57,547 bases of DNA. Origin: a virus. Lineage: Duplodnaviria; Caudoviricetes. Below the pieces are notes generated by a model that was given only the letters and a program-made list of their open reading frames with translations, was not told where the DNA came from and did not search any database. The stretch spans positions 1 through 57,547 of IMG/VR virus record IMGVR_UViG_3300003465_000006, one strand, 5' to 3'. This document shows positions 19,554 through 29,185 of the stretch, piece after piece (the first letter of the stretch is position 1; every line of letters starts with the position of its first letter). The position numbers and the translations under genes are program-made.

Positions 19554-22500
19554 AGTTGACGATCGCATTGTAGCTATGAAGTTCGACAACGCTGCTTTCG
19601 AGCAGAAGTTGACGGACACTATTGCGAGTTTGGACAAGCTTCGCCAGAGTCTTGATTTCGCCAACTCAAGACGAGGTCTCGATGAGCTTTCAACTGCTGG
19701 TAAGAATTTCGACATGGGCGACATGGAGGGTAAGGTTGGCGGAGTAGGCGCCAAATTCCTGGCTCTTACCACAATCGGCGTTACGGCATTGGCCACGATT
19801 ACCGCTCATGCAGTAACAGCCGGCGCCCAGATGGTGAAGAGTTTCTCCTTCGGACCGATCATCGATGGTTTCCATGAGTTCGAGACCAACATGGGATCGA
19901 TCCAGACAATCATGTCGAACACTGCCAGCAAGGGGACGACTCTTAAGGACGTCAACGCTGCGCTTGACCAACTGAACACATATTCTGATAAGACCATCTA
20001 CAACTTCGGTGAGATGGCTCGGAACATCGGTACGTTCACGGCCGCCGGCGTTGACTTGGACACCTCGGTCAAGTCGATCAAGGGTATCGCCAACATCGCA
20101 GCCATGTCAGGCTCGAGTTCCGAGCAGGCATCGACGGCGATGTACCAACTCTCACAGGCCATTGCTTCTGGCACTGTAAAGTTGATGGACTGGAACTCGG
20201 TCGTCAACGCTGGCATGGGTGGCGAGGTCTTCCAGAAGGCATTGTTCGAATCTGGTAAGGCAATGAAGACGTTGAAGGACGTCCCGATGGGCGAAACCTT
20301 CGACGAGTGGAAGAAGAAGGGCAACACCTTCCGAGAGTCGCTTCAGGACGGGTGGATCACCTCGGAAGTCCTGACCAAGACTCTGTCTGCATTCACGGGT
20401 GACCTCAGTGAACAGCAGATCATCGAGATGGGTTATACAAAACAACAGGCTGAGGAGTTCCTCAAGCTGGGTAAGAACGGTCAGTCTGCCGCTCAGGACA
20501 TCAAGACGTTCACTCAGCTGATGTCAACCACCAAGGAATCTATCGGTTCTGGTTGGTCCACGACGTTCCGAACCGTCCTCGGCGACTTCGAAGAAGGTAA
20601 GAAGCTCTGGACTGGACTTGGCAATGCAATCGGCGGATTCATCGGACAGTCTGCGGATGCTCGCAACAAACTTCTTCAGCAGTGGAAGGATCTCGGTGGT
20701 CGAGATTCTCTTCTCCAAGGTTTGGAAAACGCTTTCCAAGCTCTTGCTAACGTGCTCGTCCCGATCAAGGAGGCGTTCCGAGAGATATTTCCACCGATGA
20801 CGGCTCAGCGACTTTTAGAGCTCACTAAGGGATTCGAGAATTTCACCAATCGTCTCGCCGAATTGACTGAGAAGCACATGCCTCAAGTCAAAGAGATATT
20901 CAAAGGCGTGTTCGCTGCGTTGGAGATCGGCGTCACGATCATCAAGGGCGTTCTTGGTCTCATCGGTAGTCTTATCGGTGAAGTTGTCGGATCAACCGGT
21001 GGTGGGATCCTCGATTTCTTCGCTAACATCGCTGGATATTTGGTCGAGTTGAACCAGAAGCTCGTTGCCGGAGGCGGTATCGCAGCGTTCTTCGACGGTC
21101 TCACTGAGGCTGTCAAGAAGCCGATCGAGTTCATCAAGAATCTCGTCGAGAACATTCGTGAGTTCTTCGGAACCTTTAAAGAATCCAAAGAGGCTGAGAA
21201 CGTCCTTGGTCGAGTCAATAGTCGTCTTGATACCATTCAGAACACTGGTAATCGCTTGACTCAAGTGTTTCAAAAGGTTCGGGACGCGCTCGAGAAGGTG
21301 TGGGGTTATATTTCCACATGGTTCAAGGAGCTCGGGAACAACCTTGCCGAGGCATTGGGTCCTGGAGACTTTGACGCTGCTGTGGATGCAGTAAATGTCG
21401 GCCTTCTCGGTGGAATCGTCCTACTGTTCAAGAAATTCATGAAAAACGGATTCAAACTTGACGTTGGCGGAGGTGTCGTCGACAAGATCAAGGAATCTCT
21501 GGATGGTCTAACAGGGACGCTTCAGGCGATGCAGACCAACCTCAAGGCCAATGCGCTCCTGAAGATTGCTGGGGCTGTTGGAATCTTGACTGTGTCTATT
21601 GTCGCTCTTTCGCTTATCGACTCCGCTGCCCTTACAAAGGCTTTGACTGGTATCGCTGTCGGATTCGGACAGCTTATCGGCGTGATGACGTTGATGGACA
21701 AGGCGATCGGATCGACGAAGAGCGCGGCAAAGGTTGGAATCCTGTCTGGTGCTCTGATCGCACTGTCTACCGCAATGCTTATTCTGTCTGCAGCGATCAA
21801 GGTTCTGTCAGGATTGAGTTGGGGCGAGCTGGTAAAGGGGCTCACAGGAGTTGGCGTCGGTCTGACACTTCTCGTTGGTGCAACACAGCTCATGACGACT
21901 GATACATCAGGACTCATACGATCCGGGATCGCAATGGGCGCAATGGCTACTGCAATGTATATTCTCGCACAGGCGGTTCAGGCTTTCGCAACGCTCTCAT
22001 GGAGCGAGTTGGCCAAGGGCCTTGCGGGGGTAGCTGTTGGTCTCGGACTGGTCACTGTATCCATGAATTTCATGCCTGTTGGGAGTACGGTTGCCGCAGG
22101 TGCGGCGATGATTCCTCTCGCCACAGGCCTTCTTATTCTTTCTAAGGCCGTTCAATCTTTCTCCACCATGTCGTGGGGAGAGATGGCAAAGGGTATGGTT
22201 GGTCTTGCTGGTGGTCTTTTGATCATTGCTGGTGCCATGAATCTCATGCCGATCAATCTTCAGATCACTGCCGCAGGCATGGTTGTCTTGAGCGTTGCTC
22301 TTCTCATTCTCTCCAAGGCTGTACAATCAATGGGTAATATTCCATTTGGTGAGATGGCAAAGGGTATCGGCGGATTGGCAGCCATGTTGGTTATTCTGGC
22401 AGCGGCAATGACAGTTATGACTGGAACGGCTGCAGGAGCGGCTTCGCTTCTTGTCGTGTCCGGTGCGCTCGTCATCCTGACTTATGTTCTCAAGGAACTC

Positions 22501-24396
22501 GCCGGTCTCAGCTATAGTGAGATCGTACGGGGTCTTTTGGCAATGGCTGGAGTGTTTGTCGTCCTAGGTGCAGCCGGGTTGCTACTTGGTGGGCTTGTCC
22601 CGACTCTGATGGGGTTGGGGACGGCAATGGCGCTTATCGGTGGAGCATTTGCTCTGTTCGGTATCGGCGTAATGCTGGTAGCAAAAGCAGTCGAAGTCTT
22701 GGCTGAATCTGGAGAAGCTGGAGCCAAAGCGATTGTAAAACTTCTCGGAATCATCCTTTCTGCGAGAATCGTCATCGTCAATGCTTTGGTGGACGCGTTC
22801 ATCATGTTCGCAAAGGATATTCTCAACGCTGCTCCTCTGATCATTAAGATGGTCAGGGTTCTGTTGAGTCAAATTCTCGACACAATCATCGAGTTGACTC
22901 CGAAGATTGCATTGGCTCTTGTAACGATCATCACTAACGGTCTTATGCTCATTCGGGAGAAGTTTCCAGACCTCCTCGAAACCGGTTATGAGATACTATT
23001 AACGATACTTAAGGGAATTCGAGATCATATCCTAGAGATCGTCACTCTCGGGGCAGAGATCATGGTGAATTTCGTGGCTGGACTCGTCCAGAACATGCCG
23101 ATGATCGTTCAAGCCGGCGTAAATCTCGTTATATCCTTCCTTGGAGCGCTTGCTGGGCATGTCGAAGAGATCGTTGCAGCAGGTCTCAACATTCTCGTCA
23201 ACTTCATTTCAGGAATCGCCAACAACATCAACAAGGTCACAGAAGCAGTTGCAAATCTCATAACTGCTTTCCTGCTCGCTGTTTCTTCTGGAATGCTTCA
23301 GATCATCGAAGCTGGCACAAACATATTGTTGTGGCTGCTTCAGGGCATTTTCGACAACATCATGAAAGTTGTCGAAGGTGTCACGAATATTGTCTTGCGT
23401 TTCGTGGAGGAATTGGCAAACAACCAGGCAAAGATCATTGCTGCGGGCTTCAAGATTTTAACTGATTTTCTGAGTGGAATTCTCAACAATCTCGTCAAGG
23501 TTACAAACGTTGTTGGTGAGCTTGTGACGAAGTTTATTACTGCAATCGGTGATCAGGCTACGAAGTTTATCGATGCTGGCGCAAATGCCGTCGTCAAATT
23601 CCTTGAAGGAGTCGGTAGGGACGTCCAGAAGATTCTGGACGCTGGTACAAACCTTGCCATCAAGCTTCTAGAGGGAGCGGCCAGCGATGCTGTGAGGTTC
23701 ACCGACAAAGCCGGCGATATTCTCGTCAAGTTCCTTAATGGGATGGCTGCGGCAATCCGAAACCATGACGATGATCTTCGTAAGGCTGGTATGAACATCG
23801 CAGGAGCGATTGCCGATGGTATGACTTTCGGACTTGCCAGTAAGGCTGGAGACGTCGCAGGTAAAGCAGTCGACGTGGCAAAGGGAGCCGTAGGTAAGGT
23901 AACTGGTTTCCTTGGTATCAATTCACCGTCGAAGAAGTTCATCGAGATAGGCGAGAGTATGGGTGAAGGTATGGCCTATGCGCTCAAGCATGATAATCTT
24001 GCTAAGAACGAGGCCGTTAATCAAGCCGAGAGAATTGTTTCTGCCTTCGAGGAGACTCTTCGTAAGCAGAAGGACCCAGTTCTCGATTTGGTTCCCACAA
24101 GTCCTGTCATTACTCCAGTTCTAGATTTGACGAAGGTCAACGCTGGGGCCAAAAGTATTGATAAGATGATGAGAGACGCCAAGATCTCGGCCAATCTTTC
24201 ACTCGACAATGCTCGTCTTATTTCTGTCATGTCTGAGCAATCTCGTACTGAGGCAGCAACACCACCTCAACCTACTGGTCCGACAGAAGTCAAATTTGAG
24301 CAGAACAATTATTCTCCAAAGGCATTGAGTGTCAATGATATTTACCGTAACACCAAGAGCCAGATTGCGTTGGCAAAGGAGGAGCTCGGTATCTAA
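19546..24396 (+). CDS. Tape measure protein
   Basis: 1616 aa; tape-measure domain (YSDKTIYNF..M), long Ala/Gly/hydrophobic repeats. Confidence 0.95.
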   Translation: MAEVDDRIVAMKFDNAAFEQKLTDTIASLDKLRQSLDFANSRRGLDELSTAGKNFDMGDMEGKVGGVGAKFLALTTIGVTALATITAHAVTAGAQMVKSFSFGPIIDGFHEFETNMGSIQTIMSNTASKGTTLKDVNAALDQLNTYSDKTIYNFGEMARNIGTFTAAGVDLDTSVKSIKGIANIAAMSGSSSEQASTAMYQLSQAIASGTVKLMDWNSVVNAGMGGEVFQKALFESGKAMKTLKDVPMGETFDEWKKKGNTFRESLQDGWITSEVLTKTLSAFTGDLSEQQIIEMGYTKQQAEEFLKLGKNGQSAAQDIKTFTQLMSTTKESIGSGWSTTFRTVLGDFEEGKKLWTGLGNAIGGFIGQSADARNKLLQQWKDLGGRDSLLQGLENAFQALANVLVPIKEAFREIFPPMTAQRLLELTKGFENFTNRLAELTEKHMPQVKEIFKGVFAALEIGVTIIKGVLGLIGSLIGEVVGSTGGGILDFFANIAGYLVELNQKLVAGGGIAAFFDGLTEAVKKPIEFIKNLVENIREFFGTFKESKEAENVLGRVNSRLDTIQNTGNRLTQVFQKVRDALEKVWGYISTWFKELGNNLAEALGPGDFDAAVDAVNVGLLGGIVLLFKKFMKNGFKLDVGGGVVDKIKESLDGLTGTLQAMQTNLKANALLKIAGAVGILTVSIVALSLIDSAALTKALTGIAVGFGQLIGVMTLMDKAIGSTKSAAKVGILSGALIALSTAMLILSAAIKVLSGLSWGELVKGLTGVGVGLTLLVGATQLMTTDTSGLIRSGIAMGAMATAMYILAQAVQAFATLSWSELAKGLAGVAVGLGLVTVSMNFMPVGSTVAAGAAMIPLATGLLILSKAVQSFSTMSWGEMAKGMVGLAGGLLIIAGAMNLMPINLQITAAGMVVLSVALLILSKAVQSMGNIPFGEMAKGIGGLAAMLVILAAAMTVMTGTAAGAASLLVVSGALVILTYVLKELAGLSYSEIVRGLLAMAGVFVVLGAAGLLLGGLVPTLMGLGTAMALIGGAFALFGIGVMLVAKAVEVLAESGEAGAKAIVKLLGIILSARIVIVNALVDAFIMFAKDILNAAPLIIKMVRVLLSQILDTIIELTPKIALALVTIITNGLMLIREKFPDLLETGYEILLTILKGIRDHILEIVTLGAEIMVNFVAGLVQNMPMIVQAGVNLVISFLGALAGHVEEIVAAGLNILVNFISGIANNINKVTEAVANLITAFLLAVSSGMLQIIEAGTNILLWLLQGIFDNIMKVVEGVTNIVLRFVEELANNQAKIIAAGFKILTDFLSGILNNLVKVTNVVGELVTKFITAIGDQATKFIDAGANAVVKFLEGVGRDVQKILDAGTNLAIKLLEGAASDAVRFTDKAGDILVKFLNGMAAAIRNHDDDLRKAGMNIAGAIADGMTFGLASKAGDVAGKAVDVAKGAVGKVTGFLGINSPSKKFIEIGESMGEGMAYALKHDNLAKNEAVNQAERIVSAFEETLRKQKDPVLDLVPTSPVITPVLDLTKVNAGAKSIDKMMRDAKISANLSLDNARLISVMSEQSRTEAATPPQPTGPTEVKFEQNNYSPKALSVNDIYRNTKSQIALAKEELGI

Positions 24397-25232
24397 TGAA
24401 AGTGACAAGCATTGAATTGCATCCATCGGGCTCCGATGACGTCTGTGTGTTGAGCTTCCGGGATCCTCGTCGTAGGAATCCCTACAATGTGAAAGCCATG
24501 GTCGGTCTCGGTGCCGATGAGATCGTTCATCGATTCTACGGGGTTTCCGGAAGCTCGAAATTCTACAATCTTTCTGTGGAAAAGAAGGATGTCATCGCTC
24601 GTATTGCTTTGAACCCAGCTTTTGCCAATGGAGAGACATTTTCTACTCTCAGGGACAGGATTTACAAGATGATCTCCTCGTCCCGACGAGGCGTGATCGA
24701 CCTTCATTTCATGAACTTGGAGCAAGTCGTAGCAAAACTCTCAGGATTCGTGACGAAGATGGAAACACCATATTTCGAGAAGGAACAAGAGGTTCAGATC
24801 ACGATTTCGTGCATCGATCCGATGCTGCGGTCGCCAGATCCTGTTTCAGTTTCTCTTGTTGGACAGACTCCTGAACTGACAGTTGTAGACGATGATATTT
24901 CAACGGCCCCTCATGGCTTGAGCTTCGAGTTGGAGATCGGCTACGACCTTGCTGAGATTGTCATAACTGATCCAGACGACGATTCTTGGCAATTCCGTCT
25001 CGCTCCTGTCGGAGGTTTTCTGACTGGAGACGTTCTTCATTGTTCGAGCGAATACAACAACAAGCTTTTGTACGTGGAGAGGTCTGGAAACGATATTCCG
25101 ATTGTCGACACCATCGTTCAGGGGTCTGTCTGGCCTATCATATTCCCAGGGTCGAACAAGTTTTCGATCGCTAATGCAGCAAACCTAACGTGGAACTCCA
25201 TCTCGTACTACCCGACGTACTGGGGGGTTTGA
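24396..25232 (+). CDS. Minor tail protein (Dit-like)
   Basis: Directly after the tape measure; C-terminal WP..FPG.N. Confidence 0.75.
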   Translation: MKVTSIELHPSGSDDVCVLSFRDPRRRNPYNVKAMVGLGADEIVHRFYGVSGSSKFYNLSVEKKDVIARIALNPAFANGETFSTLRDRIYKMISSSRRGVIDLHFMNLEQVVAKLSGFVTKMETPYFEKEQEVQITISCIDPMLRSPDPVSVSLVGQTPELTVVDDDISTAPHGLSFELEIGYDLAEIVITDPDDDSWQFRLAPVGGFLTGDVLHCSSEYNNKLLYVERSGNDIPIVDTIVQGSVWPIIFPGSNKFSIANAANLTWNSISYYPTYWGV

Positions 25233-25233
25233 T

Positions 25234-26346
25234 GTGGATATTTTCAAATTCGAGAACCCCAAGTACGGTACGAAGATGGAGCAAGGTCGAATTGTAACCG
25301 GGTTGAAGAGCAAGACCTGGATCGAGCGTTATCGCGAATCGGGCGAGTTCACGCTTGTCGCGTACCCAGACTCCGATATTCGCAGTCAGTTGCCTATCGG
25401 GTCATTCATATCTCATACAGACACGACCGAAGTAATGATCGTAGAGAATCATGAGATCAACGACGACAAGGACAAGGATTCCGAAATCACAATAACCGGT
25501 AGAGGCTTCGAAACTTTCCTCGAAAACCGGATTGTCGGAGCCAACAAGGATTACAGCAACTACGCCGCTGTTTCCATATATTCTCTGACGTCGGATTACA
25601 CCTGGAATCACGCGGTCAAGCTGATCGGCGATCATATTCTCGAGGCAAGTCTTCTGGACGACAACAGTGCTTTGGCGTATGTTAGCGTAATACACGATAT
25701 TGTCGATGCCGGTGGTTCTGATTATCGAAGCATTAAGATAGGCGATGTGTACACTAGTCTGTTGGAGCTTTTGGCGGTGGACGACCTAGGAATCAAGGTT
25801 ATTCGCCCAGGAGTTCTTTCTCCGCTTGGAATCGAGAGCTCAGATCTTGTTCTGTTGATTCACAAAGGCGTAGATCGCTCTGGATCTCTGGTATATTCAT
25901 ACGAAGGCGGAGAGATCGAGAGTGCAGATTATCTCTGGAGCAACAAGAAGCTCAAGAATACAGCAATCGTCTCAGGACGCTGGATCGAGGTGATGGTTAC
26001 CACCGGTGGACTGAATTACGAACGCCGAATGATGTATGTGGACGCTTCTGACGTAGATCAAGGGTACGAAGCTATACCTAGTGGGGGTGATCTAACGCTC
26101 GTGAAGTTCTACATGCAGCAACGCGGATATCAGGCTCTTTCCTCCCAGAAAGAGATCGCTCTGTCAAAGACGGAGGTCTCGAAAGAGGGGACGAAGCTCA
26201 GATACCGCATCGACTACGATGTTGGTGACAGAATCATGGTCAGCGGTGATTACAATGAAGGTGCAATTCAACGCGTGGCGGAATACGTCGAAATCGAAGA
26301 CGAAACCGGCGTACAGGGATATCCTACGCTCACGGCGGTAGGTTAA
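25234..26346 (+). CDS. Minor tail protein (Tal/baseplate hub, Pepy6 gp37-like)
   Basis: W.ERY...GEF.L and YRIDYDVGD motifs. Confidence 0.75.
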   Translation: MDIFKFENPKYGTKMEQGRIVTGLKSKTWIERYRESGEFTLVAYPDSDIRSQLPIGSFISHTDTTEVMIVENHEINDDKDKDSEITITGRGFETFLENRIVGANKDYSNYAAVSIYSLTSDYTWNHAVKLIGDHILEASLLDDNSALAYVSVIHDIVDAGGSDYRSIKIGDVYTSLLELLAVDDLGIKVIRPGVLSPLGIESSDLVLLIHKGVDRSGSLVYSYEGGEIESADYLWSNKKLKNTAIVSGRWIEVMVTTGGLNYERRMMYVDASDVDQGYEAIPSGGDLTLVKFYMQQRGYQALSSQKEIALSKTEVSKEGTKLRYRIDYDVGDRIMVSGDYNEGAIQRVAEYVEIEDETGVQGYPTLTAVG

Positions 26347-26357
26347 AGGAGACTTAT

Positions 26358-26720
26358 ATGTTGGTTAAAAACAACAATCGCGTAATGCTATCGGATAAAG
26401 CCTACAGCGTTGGAAAGAAGCTGGTACAGGTCTATATTCCAGCAACATCAGCTCTATACTTCGGTTTGGCCAACATTTGGGGTCTTCCGGCAGGAGAACA
26501 AGTAGTTGGCACGCTTGCGGTGCTGGCTACTTTCATCGGCGTTGTTCTTGGCATCAGTTCGTCTCAATATGACGCTAGTGATGCGGCCTACGATGGTGCG
26601 CTAGTTGTCACACATGACGAAAAAGGCAAAGCTCTCGTTTCTCTTGAAGTTGACGGAGATCCTATCGAGACGGTCAAGAAGAAGGAATCGATTACGTTCA
26701 AAGTGCAGAAACCAGCCTAG
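26358..26720 (+). CDS. Holin (Dp-1-like)
   Basis: LSDK.Y...K..V...IPA...LY..LA.IWG.P..EQVVGT......F.G..LGISS.QY. Confidence 0.75.
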   Translation: MLVKNNNRVMLSDKAYSVGKKLVQVYIPATSALYFGLANIWGLPAGEQVVGTLAVLATFIGVVLGISSSQYDASDAAYDGALVVTHDEKGKALVSLEVDGDPIETVKKKESITFKVQKPA

Positions 26721-26727
26721 CGGAACT

Positions 26728-26754
26728 CGCAAGTAATACACGTCCTTTAGTAGG
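26728..26754 (+). promoter_or_regulatory. Phage promoter motif, variant copy
   Basis: CGCAAGTAATACA-cgtcc-TTTAGT-AGG. Confidence 0.55.
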
Positions 26755-26771
26755 ACATCGAAAGGAAGGTA

Positions 26772-27071
26772 ATGCTAGGAGAATTCTTCCGGAATGAGAA
26801 GAACAAAGACTTCGACGAGCTGATCGCCAATGTGACTGACGAGATGCGATCGAAAGGAGTTCTCTCGGACGATTACCCGAAGTTGTTGGCATATTTGGAA
26901 CGACTCACCGAGATCAAGGAGAAAGGAAGCCCTGATCCGGTAAGCCGTGACACACTTGCCCTCATCGCCGGGAATCTGATGGGAGTGCTGCTGATTATCG
27001 CATACGAGCAGAAGCACGTGATCACCTCGAAGGGATTCAATCAACTCATCCGGCCGAAAGCACTGAGCTGA
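26772..27071 (+). CDS. Membrane-associated hypothetical protein
   Basis: RBS; C-terminal hydrophobic segment. Confidence 0.7.
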   Translation: MLGEFFRNEKNKDFDELIANVTDEMRSKGVLSDDYPKLLAYLERLTEIKEKGSPDPVSRDTLALIAGNLMGVLLIIAYEQKHVITSKGFNQLIRPKALS

Positions 27072-27090
27072 CCGCCTGAACTGTACCGAA

Positions 27091-27144
27091 AGCATAGAAG
27101 TCGTGTAAGATTCGAAAGGATTTTGCACGGCTTCTATGTTTTTT
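27091..27144 (+). terminator. Long-stem intrinsic terminator
   Basis: GCATAGAAGTCGTGTAAGAT...ATTTTGCACGGCTTCTATGT followed by a T tract. Confidence 0.8.
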
Positions 27145-27408
27145 CGCAAATCAGACACGTATTCCCATTTTTTACCCCGAAAAATCCCCGGGGGGAAATT
27201 TTGGGACAACTTTTTGAAAAAACACCCCTCTAGAATGCGCTCTAAGCCACGAACGGCATCGAGAATGGGTCATTATACCGGCGAATAGAGTTTATCTCGT
27301 TAGGAGCCATTCTAGAGGCCTCTCCGTGAAATTGGTCTATTTTTGGGTCTGTAGAAGGTCTGTATAGACGGCTGAGGACGACTATATTCGCCCAATTTGC
27401 CCTAAACA

Positions 27409-27435
27409 CGCAAGATTTACAGGTCATATAATGAG
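27409..27435 (+). promoter_or_regulatory. Phage promoter motif
   Basis: CGCAAGATTTACA-ggtca-TATAAT-GAG. Confidence 0.8.
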
Positions 27436-27459
27436 GAGTAACTACCGAAAGGAATAATC

Positions 27460-27615
27460 ATGGGAAACAACACGGACACCACCGCTCAGAACGATTCCGG
27501 CAACAGCAACGTCGCGCTGGCCATCAAGGCCGCTGCGCTCGTCGCCGTCGTCGGCGGATCGATCGTGGGCTGGAGGCGCTCGCGTCGTCAGACCGAGACC
27601 ATCACCGAGAAGTAG
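27460..27615 (+). CDS. 51-aa single-TM protein (cassette gene)
   Basis: Translated by hand: MGNNTD...ALAIKAAALVAVVGGSIVGWRRSRR...; GAAAGGA RBS. Confidence 0.75.
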   Translation: MGNNTDTTAQNDSGNSNVALAIKAAALVAVVGGSIVGWRRSRRQTETITEK

Positions 27616-27618
27616 TAC

Positions 27619-27651
27619 AAAGGAGGATCCCTACGGGGATTCTCTTTTTTT
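27619..27651 (+). terminator. Intrinsic terminator, C(UACG)G loop
   Basis: GAGGATCCC-TACG-GGGATTCTC followed by a T tract. Confidence 0.85.
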
Positions 27652-27653
27652 CA

Positions 27654-27680
27654 CGCATGATTTACATCTCGTATAATGAG
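27654..27680 (+). promoter_or_regulatory. Phage promoter motif
   Basis: CGCATGATTTACA-tctcg-TATAAT-GAG. Confidence 0.8.
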
Positions 27681-27709
27681 AGACATTCTCACTAATCTAA
27701 GGAGATGAA

Positions 27710-27892
27710 ATGAACAAGGCCAAGAAGGTCGCCGCTTCAACGAGGAAGTTCGTTTCCGACCACAAGGTCGGCATCGCCGTGGTATCGACAGCATATGTGT
27801 GCTACAAGATCCACCGTGGTACCGTCAAGGGTTGGAACGAGTTCCTCACCGAGAAGGGGCTCTTTGACGAGTTCTACACCGTTGAGGATTAG
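27710..27892 (+). CDS. 60-aa cassette protein
   Basis: AAGGAG RBS; flanked by promoter motif and terminator. Confidence 0.8.
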   Translation: MNKAKKVAASTRKFVSDHKVGIAVVSTAYVCYKIHRGTVKGWNEFLTEKGLFDEFYTVED

Positions 27893-27899
27893 CAAAATG

Positions 27900-27931
27900 A
27901 AAGGATTGGGCATACAGCCCTTTCCTTTTTT
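27900..27931 (+). terminator. Intrinsic terminator
   Basis: AAAGGATTGGGC-ATACA-GCCCTTTCCTTTTTT. Confidence 0.75.
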
Positions 27932-27940
27932 CGCAAACCA

Positions 27941-27967
27941 CGCATAATTTACACATCGTATAATGAG
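27941..27967 (+). promoter_or_regulatory. Phage promoter motif
   Basis: CGCATAATTTACA-catcg-TATAAT-GAG. Confidence 0.8.
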
Positions 27968-27981
27968 GACTAGGAGGAATA

Positions 27982-28149
27982 ATGAAACGCCACCAATTCA
28001 TGCTAGATCTTCTACGACCCGAAATAACAACCGAGGAACTAACGGAATGGATCGGCAACAAGCAAGAGCTTACTGCCGACGATTTCACACAGATCATCGA
28101 GAATGCTGGAAAGGTCATAGAAGCTGTAATGAACCACATGGAGGATTAG
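27982..28149 (+). CDS. 55-aa acidic cassette protein
   Basis: AGGAGG RBS; translated by hand (MKRHQFMLDLLRPE...NHMED). Confidence 0.75.
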   Translation: MKRHQFMLDLLRPEITTEELTEWIGNKQELTADDFTQIIENAGKVIEAVMNHMED

Positions 28150-28159
28150 CCAACAAGTC

Positions 28160-28191
28160 AAAATAGGATCTCTACGGGGATTCTATTTTTT
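28160..28191 (+). terminator. Intrinsic terminator, C(UACG)G loop
   Basis: ATAGGATCTC-TACG-GGGATTCTAT followed by a T tract. Confidence 0.85.
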
Positions 28192-28201
28192 GCTCAAACC
28201 A

Positions 28202-28228
28202 CGCATAATTTACATATCGTATAATGAG
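28202..28228 (+). promoter_or_regulatory. Phage promoter motif
   Basis: CGCATAATTTACA-tatcg-TATAAT-GAG. Confidence 0.8.
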
Positions 28229-28245
28229 AGAGAAAGGAGCTCACA

Positions 28246-28365
28246 ATGAGCAAACAAAAGAAGAAATATGGGTTGCGAGGCTTCGCATTCGATCTGATCA
28301 TGATCGTATTGACTGCGGGCCTCTGGCTCATCTGGATCTTTGTGCGCGAGATGCGGAACAACTGA
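28246..28365 (+). CDS. 39-aa membrane peptide (paralog of 30227-30343)
   Basis: MSKQKKKYGLRGFAFDLIMIVLTAGLWLIWIFVREMRNN; AAAGGAG RBS. Confidence 0.8.
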   Translation: MSKQKKKYGLRGFAFDLIMIVLTAGLWLIWIFVREMRNN

Positions 28366-28373
28366 TCTCAGAG

Positions 28374-28405
28374 AAAGGATCGACCTACGGGTCTTTCCTT
28401 TTTTT
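28374..28405 (+). terminator. Intrinsic terminator, C(UACG)G loop
   Basis: AAAGGATCGACC-TACG-GGTCTTTCCTTT... Confidence 0.85.
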
Positions 28406-28406
28406 G

Positions 28407-28433
28407 CGCATGATTTACATGTTACACAATGAG
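28407..28433 (+). promoter_or_regulatory. Phage promoter motif (CACAAT variant)
   Basis: CGCATGATTTACA-tgtta-CACAAT-GAG. Confidence 0.7.
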
Positions 28434-28453
28434 GAGACCAAAAGGAGACTTTG

Positions 28454-28597
28454 ATGAAGAACAAGATCAATACAATCCGGGAATGGCATCAGGAGCATCA
28501 ACTTCAGATTGGTGTTGCTGAAGTCGTTGTCGGAGTCACAATGATTGTTGTTGGCGTCAAGCTGCGCAACAAGTTGAATCAAGAAGGGGAGGCCTAA
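28454..28597 (+). CDS. 47-aa single-TM cassette protein
   Basis: Translated by hand; stop codon lies inside the terminator hairpin (28581-28614). Confidence 0.7.
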   Translation: MKNKINTIREWHQEHQLQIGVAEVVVGVTMIVVGVKLRNKLNQEGEA

Positions 28598-28615
28598 CGG
28601 CCTTTCCTTTTTTTG

Positions 28616-28642
28616 CGCACGATTTACACTCCGTATAATGAG
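28616..28642 (+). promoter_or_regulatory. Phage promoter motif
   Basis: CGCACGATTTACA-ctccg-TATAAT-GAG. Confidence 0.8.
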
Positions 28643-28661
28643 GACTAATCAAGGAGTTGTA

Positions 28662-28826
28662 ATGAAAATCAACACCAAGAATGAGCTTCTCGCTGAGCTT
28701 CATCGGCTCGAGGATATTTTGCTGAAGAAGTGCTTGATCACAAGCACACCCTTCACAGATGCAGACGAGTGGTGGGCCCAGCGCATGGAGCGCATGGACG
28801 AGTTAGAGAGATTGAACAAGAATTGA
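28662..28826 (+). CDS. 54-aa cassette protein
   Basis: AAGGAG RBS before ATG 28662. Confidence 0.75.
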   Translation: MKINTKNELLAELHRLEDILLKKCLITSTPFTDADEWWAQRMERMDELERLNKN

Positions 28827-28835
28827 GAGATTCTC

Positions 28836-28867
28836 AAAAGGACGGACCTACGGGTCTTTCCTTTTTT
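28836..28867 (+). terminator. Intrinsic terminator, C(UACG)G loop
   Basis: AAAAGGACGGACC-TACG-GGTCTTTCCTTTTTT. Confidence 0.85.
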
Positions 28868-28868
28868 G

Positions 28869-28895
28869 CGCACGATTTACATGTCCTATAATGAG
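28869..28895 (+). promoter_or_regulatory. Phage promoter motif
   Basis: CGCACGATTTACA-tgtcc-TATAAT-GAG. Confidence 0.8.
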
Positions 28896-28915
28896 GACTA
28901 TCGAAAGGACATAAA

Positions 28916-29140
28916 ATGTTCAAGAACCGAAAGCTTGTCATCAGAATGGACAAGGACGAGAAGAAGCATACGGACGGAGTCATGGAGACAAGGTGCTTCG
29001 AGGAGAAGACAGCATTTGTGCTGCGCAACCTCGAGAACTTTGCCGCCAAGGCGTTCGTCGGGATGTGCATCTACATCGTTCTCGACACGAGACGACGGGT
29101 CAGGGTTGCTGAAGCCATTTATGGCCAAAACAACGAGTAG
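28916..29140 (+). CDS. 74-aa cassette protein
   Basis: GAAAGGA RBS; followed by a terminator at 29146-29180. Confidence 0.75.
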   Translation: MFKNRKLVIRMDKDEKKHTDGVMETRCFEEKTAFVLRNLENFAAKAFVGMCIYIVLDTRRRVRVAEAIYGQNNE

Positions 29141-29185
29141 ACCAAGATAGGATCCCTATGGGGATTCTATTTTTTTTTTTGTCCT

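Noticed and set aside
27409-27435. TTTACA...TATAAT as a standard sigma70 -35/-10 promoter
   Set aside because: The spacing is 5 nt in all copies, not about 17.
27963-28454. Track ORFs starting at the ATG within TATAATGAG (27963-28166, 28224-28454)
   Set aside because: They run into or across terminators; RBS-led ORFs in other frames fit the cassettes better. Leaderless translation is not formally excluded.
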